A DNA stretch of 64,000 bases from a virus. The stretch's first letter is position 1. Every line of letters begins with the position of its first letter. This document shows, piece by piece, positions 55,019 to 64,000 of the stretch. Position numbers and translations under genes: made by a program. Location of the stretch: IMG/VR virus record IMGVR_UViG_3300007512_000001, positions 1 through 64,000 of that record. One strand, 5' to 3'. The notes beneath the pieces were generated by a model. It was not told the DNA's origin and searched no databases. It was given only the letters and a program-made list of their open reading frames with translations.

Positions 55019-56085
55019 ATATTAATTAATGAACCCTTTAATGTTATATATCCATTTTTATAATGTTGGTGATTTTTAAGTTTGTTTAACATGTTTATGC
55101 AATCACTGTACAATGAATTGTTTGGCAAAAAAACTGCTTGCTCTAAAAATAAGTTGGTATTGTAATTGTTAACCCACCAAGAACCCCAATCTTCTATACT
55201 ACTAATAGTGGCACCAACATTGTACTTTTGACATAGGTTTGCAAAATTTATAACATCCCTATAATTATTTTTTTGTAATACGAATGATAAATGAAAATAA
55301 CGATTGTTCTCTTTCAAAAAGTCTAGACTATCAATAACAGTACTCCAGTTACCTGGGTAACGCACTTTTCTATATACTTCTTCACTTCCTGCATCAATAC
55401 TAACTGCAAAAGATGTTACTTGATCCATAACTTTTGAATTTAAAAGCTTTTTATAATTTATGCGTGTGGCGTTTGACCGAATTGTAAATTTATGATTTTT
55501 TCTAGGAATATAATTATAGATTATATCACCATAAATTCCACTAGCAAATGGTTCTCCGTCGCCTCCCAATTCTATTAAAGACGCGTGTTCAAAGTTTGAC
55601 ACCAAATCTAAAAAATGCATTGCATAACTTTTTCTTAACTCAAATTCAGGACCCTTATTAATAAACCTAAATTCTGGCCGGCAACTTGGACATTGTAAAT
55701 TGCAACTATCATCAATAGCAAATATAAATGAATACCTTTGAGGGAAATCACCGAATCGTATAGGCCCGGTGCATTTTGCTGTATTACAAAACTTAAAACT
55801 GCTTCCTGCTGAAGTATGTTCTTGTAGTTTTTTAGCAATTGAATTGTTCCATATTTCTTCTATAGTGTTAAAATCTTTTATATTACCAATTAGATAAGGT
55901 AAATGACCATGGCATGAACAGATGAATACGTGGCCAAGTTTGTTAACAAGAATTGAACTGCTTGGCATTATACAATAAACATCTTCTTTAAAAGGATGTA
56001 ATTGGTTATCTCCCAATTTATACTTGTGTCTAATAGAACTTATTGAAGGTGTGCTTCTTATATAACGTAAGTAATCAACTTTCAT
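55015..56085 (-). CDS. radical SAM protein with N-terminal twitch/SPASM-like domain
   Basis: YCIMP...FICSC...KFCNTAKC before CNLQCPSC; GGDGEPF. Confidence 0.88.
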   Translation of the reverse strand: MKVDYLRYIRSTPSISSIRHKYKLGDNQLHPFKEDVYCIMPSSSILVNKLGHVFICSCHGHLPYLIGNIKDFNTIEEIWNNSIAKKLQEHTSAGSSFKFCNTAKCTGPIRFGDFPQRYSFIFAIDDSCNLQCPSCRPEFRFINKGPEFELRKSYAMHFLDLVSNFEHASLIELGGDGEPFASGIYGDIIYNYIPRKNHKFTIRSNATRINYKKLLNSKVMDQVTSFAVSIDAGSEEVYRKVRYPGNWSTVIDSLDFLKENNRYFHLSFVLQKNNYRDVINFANLCQKYNVGATISSIEDWGSWWVNNYNTNLFLEQAVFLPNNSLYSDCINMLNKLKNHQHYKNGYITLKGSLINI

Positions 56086-56113
56086 TTAAATATTTATTAA
56101 TAAATATTTAAAT
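56084..56113. repeat. perfect 30-bp all-AT palindrome
   Basis: ATTTAAATATTTATT|AATAAATATTTAAAT. Confidence 0.85.
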
Positions 56114-56115
56114 AT

Positions 56116-56250
56116 TTATTTGTATATAAATGGATCTCTCTTTTTAAGTTCTTTTAAACGCTTTCTATATCGTATCTCACGCTTAATTGCGTTAATAGGA
56201 CGCATAGCTTGATACTTTGCTTTTTTATAGTATTTTTTTAATGTGTTCAT
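56116..56250 (-). CDS. 44-aa basic peptide (absent from the ORF track)
   Basis: MNTLKKYYKKAKYQAMRPINAIKREIRYRKRLKELKKRDPFIYK. Confidence 0.7.
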   Translation of the reverse strand: MNTLKKYYKKAKYQAMRPINAIKREIRYRKRLKELKKRDPFIYK

Positions 56251-57052
56251 AAATTATCTCTGCCGCGTCTTCGTGTGCTTTCTCTAAAGGATGCGAAGTT
56301 GCAAATTCATAATTATTTATAAGTGCCCAGTCATTGAATCCCAAATACTTACTTGTTGGCCATGCTCCGGGAAAATGAAACCATACATCTTTATCAATTA
56401 ATGTTCTTAAATTAATAGTATATTGATTAGTATGATCTTCAAATAATTGCGAAGGCGTATGATGTCCTACGTATGTGAATAAGTATTTAATATTTTTACT
56501 ATTCAAAAATTCTTGAAGTAATAATATTTCTTTTAAACTGGTATATACATCGTCTTCATCGCTTACAGTATAATACCATGCTTTTGCTAAGTCTACAATG
56601 CCTGCTTCTTTATATATATTATATTTTCTTTCTAAAGTGGCTTTAGTACTTTCGTAATTGGGAGCATCAGAACTAACCTTTTTAAACCATTCAGATTTTA
56701 CTTCATTGGTTGCGGCATAAGGATCTAACGATAACCACTCTGAATCTACTTTATACATTTGGTCATTCAATGTTCCATTTATTAATTTGAACTCGCGCCT
56801 TGCAATAAATGTATACATGACTTGTACAAAAACATCTTCAGGATCATACTTCTTTAAGAATTCAATAGTATAATATAACACTCGCCGTGCCATAAATGCA
56901 TTGCCTCTTCCACTAGCTGCCGTGTTTATGTGCTTGGCTCCTAGTTTATTAGATACTAAATTACTCCAAGCATATTTACTAGGTCCAATACTATCATTTG
57001 GTAATTCAGCACCATAAGTAAAACTATCTCCGGATGAGATGCATATTTTCAT
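56225..57052 (-). CDS. SGNH/GDSL hydrolase-like protein
   Basis: SGDSFTYG, NTAASGRGN, HPLEKAH. Confidence 0.7.
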   Translation of the reverse strand: MKICISSGDSFTYGAELPNDSIGPSKYAWSNLVSNKLGAKHINTAASGRGNAFMARRVLYYTIEFLKKYDPEDVFVQVMYTFIARREFKLINGTLNDQMYKVDSEWLSLDPYAATNEVKSEWFKKVSSDAPNYESTKATLERKYNIYKEAGIVDLAKAWYYTVSDEDDVYTSLKEILLLQEFLNSKNIKYLFTYVGHHTPSQLFEDHTNQYTINLRTLIDKDVWFHFPGAWPTSKYLGFNDWALINNYEFATSHPLEKAHEDAAEIIYEHIKKIL

Positions 57053-57060
57053 ATTCTTAT

Positions 57061-58167
57061 TTAACGTATTTGATCTATTTGTAATTGTTTAAAGTTACTA
57101 TCGTGCCAAAAATAATCGAATGTAGCACTTGCGTCAGATGTTTGTAACTTATAAACATCTAAATAGTCATTCATAATATACCAAGTTAGATAAGGTATGT
57201 CAGTATTAAAAGACTTTTGTAAGTTAACTTGTCCTACCTGTGGATGCCCCAATGTTAATGTTGGATCATCAGGATCTAATCCGTTTTGCCTTAACCAATT
57301 TATAAATTCATTAATTCGTTCATTATGATGTGGGAAATCTGACTTCCTTGACCAACTAATATCAAAATCACCTGCGGCTTTTGTTTGTGATCGGCATGCA
57401 ATAGTAATTTCACCCAATGTCATTGTATTGCCACCACTGATATCTAATGCACCACCTTCATCTATAAAAACTTCCCAATGCGTTTTACCAACTGCTTTAT
57501 TAACACCTACATAAACACCGCCAAACACTTTGTCTAAGCTACCAATTCCAAACCCTTCGAAGTCTGATTCATCTACTAAATCAAAGCGTGGTGCATTTAA
57601 CCAACACATTAATTGTGACTTCTGCATCCACTCAGGCGCCTGTACTAACTTACGATTAGTTAATGCCCATGTTTCAAACTCGTGACATAACAAATTAAGT
57701 TGCCTTATATGATACTTTTCTTCAGGTGTGGCGTTTTTAAAATGCCGAGACATTGACGTTGACGTATCACCTGTATCAATGCCTTGTAATTCTTCAAACC
57801 ATCTATGTAACCAATTAAACTTTTCATGTTTAATGGATAGTCCTGGATGGCCAAACCCTACTTCACCATAATTAATACAATTTTCTAATGTATATGGCGC
57901 TGTTTCTATATTATAGTTTAATGAACTACTGTTAATAAAGTCTATCGTATCGTTGATTTCATCAAGAATCAATTGCCCTGATCGTTTTCCGTTTACAAAA
58001 CCCAAAAAGCAATAGTTTTTTTCAAGTATTAAATTGTCGTTAAGTATTCCGTTTAACGCTGTAAGCCATTTGCGACTTAACCCTGTATCATATACGTCAA
58101 TATAGACATCCATAGTACTATGATATCTTGTTCTTAACGTCATTACAATTTCATCTAATTTTTTCAT
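57061..58167 (-). CDS. hypothetical protein, paralogue of 50895..51824
   Basis: NWLHRWFE, LNLLCHEFE, VGKTHWEVF, WLRQNGLDPDDP. Confidence 0.75.
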   Translation of the reverse strand: MKKLDEIVMTLRTRYHSTMDVYIDVYDTGLSRKWLTALNGILNDNLILEKNYCFLGFVNGKRSGQLILDEINDTIDFINSSSLNYNIETAPYTLENCINYGEVGFGHPGLSIKHEKFNWLHRWFEELQGIDTGDTSTSMSRHFKNATPEEKYHIRQLNLLCHEFETWALTNRKLVQAPEWMQKSQLMCWLNAPRFDLVDESDFEGFGIGSLDKVFGGVYVGVNKAVGKTHWEVFIDEGGALDISGGNTMTLGEITIACRSQTKAAGDFDISWSRKSDFPHHNERINEFINWLRQNGLDPDDPTLTLGHPQVGQVNLQKSFNTDIPYLTWYIMNDYLDVYKLQTSDASATFDYFWHDSNFKQLQIDQIR

Positions 58168-58927
58168 TGATTAGTTTCTCCTTTACTTCTTCAAATGTTT
58201 TACCATATAGGCATACTCTAAGCGTAAGTCTTTCATTTGGTGTTGCTTCTACACGATGTTCTATACCACTATTAATTAACGCTACCTTGTAGGTATCTAC
58301 TTTATAATAATTGTCACCTTCTCTAAACTCTGTTGCTCCACGTTTACTAGTTTCGCTATCTAAGTTAATAGCTATAACAATAGGTGTAAAAGTAGTGTTA
58401 TTAGACTTTAACAATCTATCCGGAACTGTTATAACATTATCCACATGCCAGTCGATGCAAGTATTTTTTGCTGACCATACGTAATTTACATCATAATCTA
58501 AAATAAAGTCTTGCAAATTTAAATGTTCAATTAATTGTTTTCCTATTTCTTGCATGTATTTTTTATTATCAGTAAACTCTTTAATATTGTGTTGGTCCTC
58601 AAGAACATTAAAACGAGAGTACAACGGATTATCTGCTTGCCCTACTAATATAACTCCTTCTGTTCCTTTTTTGTCAGTAACTAGTGGGCGAATTTTTTCC
58701 ATATCTATAGAATCATAATAATCTTTGTTTTTTACTATTAGATCTAAGACTTTTTTCAGTGCTTTAGATTTATCTTTTTCCTCAACTGAATAATATGTTT
58801 CTCTATATTTTCTAAGTATAGAAAAAACTTCTCTTAACTTAGCAATATCAAACATGTCATATTTGTCGTTAAAATCAATGTGTTGTGAACCAACCCATGG
58901 TTCAGATTTGTCTAATATCTTATCCAT
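58151..58927 (-). CDS. 2OG-Fe(II) oxygenase-like protein
   Basis: WHVD, GATEF, EHRVE, RLTL. Confidence 0.65.
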   Translation of the reverse strand: MDKILDKSEPWVGSQHIDFNDKYDMFDIAKLREVFSILRKYRETYYSVEEKDKSKALKKVLDLIVKNKDYYDSIDMEKIRPLVTDKKGTEGVILVGQADNPLYSRFNVLEDQHNIKEFTDNKKYMQEIGKQLIEHLNLQDFILDYDVNYVWSAKNTCIDWHVDNVITVPDRLLKSNNTTFTPIVIAINLDSETSKRGATEFREGDNYYKVDTYKVALINSGIEHRVEATPNERLTLRVCLYGKTFEEVKEKLINEKIR

Positions 58928-58928
58928 T

Positions 58929-59477
58929 TTATATTCCTCCTATTGTTGTAGTATCAAACTTTAGAAATTCTTGTTCATCAATACTGGTGCGTATCCAAGC
59001 TGCCTTAGCAAATCCTCCATTTAACCTAATAGACTCGACATTGAGTCTATACATATTAAAGTCTAAAAAGTCAAAAAATCCTCTTGCTTTCTTATGCTTT
59101 TCTAAAAACTTTGATTTGTGTTCATTCTTGTCTACTAATTCTACTCTGCCTATAAAAGTGGCTCTGGGACTATTCATTCTCATACGTCCATGTAAACTAC
59201 CGTCAATTGTGCCATCTAATAATAAAGATATCTTTTTGTATGTTTGAATATTTTTACTATGGTCTGACAAATCTGATATAAAAATATAAGGAACTTTTCT
59301 AATAAAGCATGACTGAACCAAACTTACATATGGATGAGTTTGTAATGCATCATGACCATTTCCTAATGAAGTGGCCATATACATAAAACCACTATCAGCA
59401 GTTATTAAATTTTCAACAATATGTATTGCGTCTACTGTAGTAAAATTTGTTTCTAAACTTTTATCGTCTTCCACCAT
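58929..59477 (-). CDS. HugZ/pyridoxamine-5'-phosphate-oxidase-like split-barrel protein
   Basis: PYVSLV, FISDLSDHSKNI, PRATFIG, FLDFNMYRL, GGFAKAAW. Confidence 0.8.
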   Translation of the reverse strand: MVEDDKSLETNFTTVDAIHIVENLITADSGFMYMATSLGNGHDALQTHPYVSLVQSCFIRKVPYIFISDLSDHSKNIQTYKKISLLLDGTIDGSLHGRMRMNSPRATFIGRVELVDKNEHKSKFLEKHKKARGFFDFLDFNMYRLNVESIRLNGGFAKAAWIRTSIDEQEFLKFDTTTIGGI

Positions 59478-60766
59478 TCTAAAATCTCGCCATTCAAAAT
59501 ATTATCTATAGTATAACTGGTTTTACGCAGATTGTCAATTTTTGCCATGCGTTGTTTGCCTTTCAAGATGCCTTGTTCGTACTCGTCGGACCACTCTTCT
59601 TGGAAAGTTGGTCTTTCTTTTAGATTTTTTAATACATCTATTAGCGGTTGTTGTTTCCATGTTGCCTCCTTACATTCTTCTAATAATTGATCTACTTTGT
59701 CGTTTAATAAGTTACGTGGTAAACACAATGGACTCATTATAATGTCCGGTGTAAAAGCAAAAGTAACTTTTGCTAATAACATCGTATCTAACTCCTTACT
59801 TAATTCAAACATATTTTTTACTTCATATAATCCAGGTAAGGTTAAAGTAAAGTCTAAACGCATTTGGTTTGGATGCTTTTGTGCCGCCATACCTTGTTTA
59901 TAATAGTGTAAAAACTTACTCCAATCTAAACCATCGCGTATGTATTCTCCTATAGCACCTGTACCATCAATTGATGCACATATTTGCCAGTCGCGTATAT
60001 TGTCTAGTATATTTCTAAACAAATGCGTTCCTTTATACTCTATACGAGATAAGTTTGTATTATATCTTGCGTATACTTTACTTCCGTGTCCTTGTTCTAT
60101 AATTTGTTTCATATACTTCCAATGTTCTTCAAACATTAGAGGTTCGCCACCTACCCAGTATATCTCTTCTACTTTGCCATTTGCTACTGCATCAGCAAAT
60201 TCTTTTTCTACTACTTGCGATTGAACCTCGCTTATTTGTTTTCTTACAGTTGGGTCCATCCAATTATTTTTTGGATTACTGTAATCAATCATGTTGTTGT
60301 TACGTTGTTCTGTTTCCCAACTACTACTTAACATATCGCCACACATACGACATTTAAAATTACATAAATTACTAAAGCGATAATCCCAACTTACTGGCTT
60401 CATTGTAGTGTAGCCTGTTTCGTCTGTACTTGCTATCACTTCGTCGTATTTGTGTTTAAATAAATTCCAAAAATAATCTCTATATACGTCAGTGTTTAGT
60501 AATTTTTTATTACATACTTGGCAAGCATCTATTTCTTCTCCCGCCATGTGTGCTCTACGTACACTTTTCATATATTCACTATTCCAATGTTCTTCTAATG
60601 ATATTGGATTATATTCACCTGTGCCGGCTTCAGTGTCTATATATTGCTTAAAGCTTTGTGCAGGCTCGCGTGAAGCGCAACACAATCTACGTTCTGTTTG
60701 TGGACTTAGGTAAGTATGCACCCACGGTGCCATACACATTGTTTCTGGTTTTTGTATTTTTTTCAT
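59453..60766 (-). CDS. N-terminal twitch-domain radical SAM protein
   Basis: CMAPW...RLCC...CQVC before SNLCNFKCRMC; YWVGGEP, YNTN. Confidence 0.9.
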   Translation of the reverse strand: MKKIQKPETMCMAPWVHTYLSPQTERRLCCASREPAQSFKQYIDTEAGTGEYNPISLEEHWNSEYMKSVRRAHMAGEEIDACQVCNKKLLNTDVYRDYFWNLFKHKYDEVIASTDETGYTTMKPVSWDYRFSNLCNFKCRMCGDMLSSSWETEQRNNNMIDYSNPKNNWMDPTVRKQISEVQSQVVEKEFADAVANGKVEEIYWVGGEPLMFEEHWKYMKQIIEQGHGSKVYARYNTNLSRIEYKGTHLFRNILDNIRDWQICASIDGTGAIGEYIRDGLDWSKFLHYYKQGMAAQKHPNQMRLDFTLTLPGLYEVKNMFELSKELDTMLLAKVTFAFTPDIIMSPLCLPRNLLNDKVDQLLEECKEATWKQQPLIDVLKNLKERPTFQEEWSDEYEQGILKGKQRMAKIDNLRKTSYTIDNILNGEILEWWKTIKV

Positions 60767-60767
60767 T

Positions 60768-61904
60768 TTATTTTTTGGGTATTAATAATGAATCTTTACT
60801 AATGCTTATATTTCTGTTGAAAGTGATCGGAGGTACTTCCGGAGCGTGAAACCACGGATGTGTTATGATATTATTATAGATTTTAACCCATTCATCATAT
60901 AATTCGTGGTCAGGCATGAATACTTGTTGTCTTTTAAAATTTGTGTAGCGGTCTGCTTCCGTCAAGCCGTTATTCTGATCTACCACTGGCCATGTTATGC
61001 CCCACGCCGTGCCCCAATCGTGTACAGGGTTAAGAAATCCTTTAACTTCAAACTTTTCGCAAAGATTTATAAAATTTATAATATCTTTAAAATTATTTTT
61101 TTGCACAACAAAAGTCATATGAAATACATAATTATTATCTTTCAAAAATTGTAAATTATCTAGAACAGTTTCCCATTTGCCAGGAGGTCTAACAATGTTA
61201 TATACGTCCTTAGTGCCTGCATCAATGCTTATTGAAAATTCTTGTATATTATTTTTTAACATAGTAGATGTTTCAAACTTGGATTGATCTATTAATGTTG
61301 CATTTGATCTAATTGTAAAACGATGTTTTGGATTTGGTTTATAATTATATATAATTTCACTATATATTTTACTAGCAAAAGGTTCACCGCCGGCGAATTC
61401 TATAAGTACTGATCCTTTATATTTGTCCAAAAGTTCTAAGAATTTTTTTACATAACTTTTTTTCTTTTCAAACTGTTTTCCAGATTTATAATACATCAGT
61501 TCATTTCTGCAACTAGGGCACTGTAAATTGCAACTATCATCCGTTGTTATATTAATTGTAAAATCATGAAATGGATCCTCCTCCTCAAAAGGACCATGAC
61601 AATGTTTTAGATCACAAAATTTAAATGTTGATCCTGCTTTTGTGTTTTCTTGTAGTTTTTTAGCAACTGGGTTGTTCCATATATCATGCAATCTATAAAA
61701 ATCAAAAATATGGCCAACAGGATAAGGTAAGAATCCTTCACAACTACATATAAAAATATATCCATCTTTATCCATCGTCATGTTGGTTTCAGGAAGAATA
61801 CATGTAAAATTTTTAGCAGATAAGTCGACTTTATTTCTATACTTATTTTTTAAGGAGAAATTACCGCCGGTTTTTCGAACAAGGGTTAAATATTTTGTAT
61901 CCAT
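60768..61904 (-). CDS. N-terminal twitch-domain radical SAM protein (close paralogue of 55015..56085)
   Basis: TCILP...FICSC...KFCDLKHC; CNLQCPSC; AGGEPF. Confidence 0.9.
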   Translation of the reverse strand: MDTKYLTLVRKTGGNFSLKNKYRNKVDLSAKNFTCILPETNMTMDKDGYIFICSCEGFLPYPVGHIFDFYRLHDIWNNPVAKKLQENTKAGSTFKFCDLKHCHGPFEEEDPFHDFTINITTDDSCNLQCPSCRNELMYYKSGKQFEKKKSYVKKFLELLDKYKGSVLIEFAGGEPFASKIYSEIIYNYKPNPKHRFTIRSNATLIDQSKFETSTMLKNNIQEFSISIDAGTKDVYNIVRPPGKWETVLDNLQFLKDNNYVFHMTFVVQKNNFKDIINFINLCEKFEVKGFLNPVHDWGTAWGITWPVVDQNNGLTEADRYTNFKRQQVFMPDHELYDEWVKIYNNIITHPWFHAPEVPPITFNRNISISKDSLLIPKK

Positions 61905-63232
61905 TTTTTATAGTCATAATTTATGAATTCTGCTAACACAGAATCAACATCATTTAAAGTTTTGCTTCTTACACTATCTACTTTACAGATAATGGTATGT
62001 AACATGGTGTCTAGATATTCTTCACCATCTTTTTCCTTTCTAAGATCTTCACTATACATATAAGAAATTAAAGACTCTACTTCTTTTACGTTATCAAAGT
62101 TTTTATCTATTAACTCTTGCCAATTATATGCTCTTAACTTATTTGCAATAATATCTTTTACTTCAGGTGAATGCATTTGTATATTAAAATGTTTGGGATA
62201 ATGCATTAAATTTAGATACCAAGAATCTAAGTCTTTAATTTCTTTAACCCAGTCTGCAACATCTGTTATGTTATGGAAATTAAACAAGTTAAATGTAGTG
62301 CATATTTCTGTTTCCATGTTACTGGTTTTGTTCTCAGAAATATACAGTATATTACTGTTTACTTCATCCCATTTTGCACCATAACGTTGGTATTCAAATT
62401 TATCGCCAATATCATCTACACTAAAAGATATTCTACAATGTTTAAAATGTGGTAAAATATCATGAAATTCATCTTTTGGCAACTGAGTGCCATTTGTATT
62501 ATAATGAATATTTATATTTTTTGCGTGTCCGGATTCAATTAATGTTTCTAATACTGTAAAGTGTTCTTTAATCATCCAGGGTTCACCGCCTGTAAACTCT
62601 AAATGCTTTACGTTAGGCAATATTTCCTTTAGGTCTTCCCAAAATTGCGGACTTTTGCGTGGCCATTCGCCTTGCTTTAGATAGTAATATGCTGATGATT
62701 TTTTTGCATCTTCTTTTTTAAGTCCATGGAACTTTATATCTAATTCTATTTCTTCTTGCGCCCATTTGCTACTACTCCATGATCCGCATATTCTACATTT
62801 TAAATTACAAATAGTTCCTAACTTTAAGTCTAAATATGCAATATCATTTTCTGTAATATCTTTACTAAAAATATCACGCATTTCAGGCAAGTGATGTGTA
62901 AAGTAGTGTGCCCAATTTATACGTTTACTTTCCAATCCAGCGTCTTCCTCATCCCAACACTTTTTGCAAATCTCAGGCTTTTTGCCGTCTAAGAAGTCTT
63001 GTCGTAACTTTTGCATATCAGGACTATTAAACGCATTTGTAATATTGTCGCCATTGTTTAAATTATACGGCTCATTTGTTCCTTCTTTACGCACAGGCCC
63101 TTCTGTCATACAACAAGGTTTAAGCCATCCTTTAGCATCTGCTTCCATATGCATAAAGGGCAAGTAGCATAGTGTAGGTGTTTCCTTAAAAGAGTCTACT
63201 TTATGTATAACAGTTTTTAGTTTTTCATTCAT
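61886..63232 (-). CDS. N-terminal twitch-domain radical SAM protein
   Basis: CYLPF...KPCC...CKKCW; GTICNLKCRIC; FTGGEP, YNTNG. Confidence 0.9.
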   Translation of the reverse strand: MNEKLKTVIHKVDSFKETPTLCYLPFMHMEADAKGWLKPCCMTEGPVRKEGTNEPYNLNNGDNITNAFNSPDMQKLRQDFLDGKKPEICKKCWDEEDAGLESKRINWAHYFTHHLPEMRDIFSKDITENDIAYLDLKLGTICNLKCRICGSWSSSKWAQEEIELDIKFHGLKKEDAKKSSAYYYLKQGEWPRKSPQFWEDLKEILPNVKHLEFTGGEPWMIKEHFTVLETLIESGHAKNINIHYNTNGTQLPKDEFHDILPHFKHCRISFSVDDIGDKFEYQRYGAKWDEVNSNILYISENKTSNMETEICTTFNLFNFHNITDVADWVKEIKDLDSWYLNLMHYPKHFNIQMHSPEVKDIIANKLRAYNWQELIDKNFDNVKEVESLISYMYSEDLRKEKDGEEYLDTMLHTIICKVDSVRSKTLNDVDSVLAEFINYDYKKWIQNI

Positions 63233-64000
63233 AGTTCACTCAACTCTGGAAATGTTTCTTTAAAGTTTTCATTTCTTACATCGTCTACTTGGTTGGTTAG
63301 TTTTAAAAAGTCTTGTAGCAATTGTTCGTTGGCAGGTTGATTAATAAAGTTAATAGCACTTTCATAACCGTTTGTTGCTCGTTGCAAGCCGTCCAACGGT
63401 CTAATATATTCAATATGCTCTTTGTATTTAGCGATTAGTTTTTCTTTAAGATTATTTGGTAGATTGTCTATGCGATAGTGTGGTGGATTCATTAATATGT
63501 TTATGTTAAAGTCTTGTGCTTGTATTAAACCTCTATCCATCCAATCACGATGAAAGTCTGGCATATGGAAACTGTTCATTATGCTTAACGTGCAACTAAT
63601 ATAAAAATCCACGTTAGGACAAATTTCTAACATTTCAAATCTATTTTGTTCAGTCTCTTTCCAAATAGTTCCTTTACGTATATACTCGGCACGTTTGCCC
63701 ATGCCATCCAAACTTGCGCCGACACTAACACTATCAAAATGTTTCCACATTTCAAAAATACTTTTTCCTTTAAACTTCATTTCGCTCATATTAGTGTTGT
63801 AAATAAGTTTTACATCAAAACGCTCTTGTCGTATAAGTTCTTCTAAAATTTTCCAATGCTCAACCATTGTAAGTGGTTCACCACCCGCAAAATAAAATTG
63901 CTCAATGTATGGCATATGTCGCTTTGCTTCTTCATAAAAGTCTTTGTCATCACCACATCGTATTACTTTGGGATGATTTGGCGTTTGTCCTAACTTAACG
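63229..64000 (-). CDS. radical SAM protein, 5'-truncated by the window edge
   Basis: YFAGGEP, YNTN, SLDG, CTLSIMN as in its neighbours; frame is open to 64000. Confidence 0.85.
   Translation of the reverse strand, partial: VKLGQTPNHPKVIRCGDDKDFYEEAKRHMPYIEQFYFAGGEPLTMVEHWKILEELIRQERFDVKLIYNTNMSEMKFKGKSIFEMWKHFDSVSVGASLDGMGKRAEYIRKGTIWKETEQNRFEMLEICPNVDFYISCTLSIMNSFHMPDFHRDWMDRGLIQAQDFNINILMNPPHYRIDNLPNNLKEKLIAKYKEHIEYIRPLDGLQRATNGYESAINFINQPANEQLLQDFLKLTNQVDDVRNENFKETFPELSEL

Noticed and set aside
1-64000. tRNA/rRNA genes
   Set aside because: No cloverleaf with a T-loop GTTCRA and acceptor stem was found in the intergenic gaps by eye; tRNAscan-SE would confirm.
1-64000. Stop-codon reassignment
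   Set aside because: Conserved enzymes (PolB, ThyX, GuaC, FolE, NodU) are full-length in code 11, and TAA, TAG and TGA all end genes.

Overview
A 64 kb segment of a large, AT-rich dsDNA phage genome (T4-like/jumbo myovirus style), read in the standard genetic code. Phage markers: family B DNA polymerase, sliding clamp, T4-type RNase H, ThyX, a DsbA-like protein, TAAATA late promoters and near-perfect sigma70 promoters. A proteobacterial host is suggested by an FdxA-type ferredoxin, IHF boxes and an outer-membrane-type protein; this is inference. Layout: (1) 0.1-10 kb: accessory genes, including a GT2-like enzyme, three tandem paralogues, GMP reductase invaded at its 5' end by a GIY-YIG endonuclease, an ART-fold protein and a Leu/Glu dehydrogenase. 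(2) 10-29 kb: replication genes running into an expanded 7-deazaguanine DNA-modification locus (DpdA/TGT-like, DpdL-like, FolE, QueD, QueE; no QueC in the window). The locus is interleaved with ClpP, ferredoxin, a cupin, a GT-B glycosyltransferase, a purine PRTase, an amidinotransferase and two gene relics. (3) 29-38 kb: GC-richer early/host-takeover genes, a ParB/DGQHR-like + HNH pair and MoxR + VWA. (4) 38-44 kb: a secreted FG-GAP/beta-barrel protein, a DNA methyltransferase and ThyX. (5) 44.6-64 kb: a glycan-tailoring island with a deacetylase, DegT aminotransferase, epimerase, a 1224-aa GT-repeat protein, a sulfotransferase-like enzyme, a carbamoyltransferase, SGNH-like proteins, a 2OG oxygenase, a HugZ-like protein and a radical SAM array (four complete N-terminal-twitch genes plus one partial). 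The best candidates for something new are the deazaguanine locus with extra glycosyl/amidino enzymes, the aminoglycoside-like tailoring island, and a splice-free homing endonuclease insertion that supplies a recoded replacement start for guaC. No tRNA, rRNA or CRISPR array was seen. All family calls come from motif recognition by eye, not database searches.
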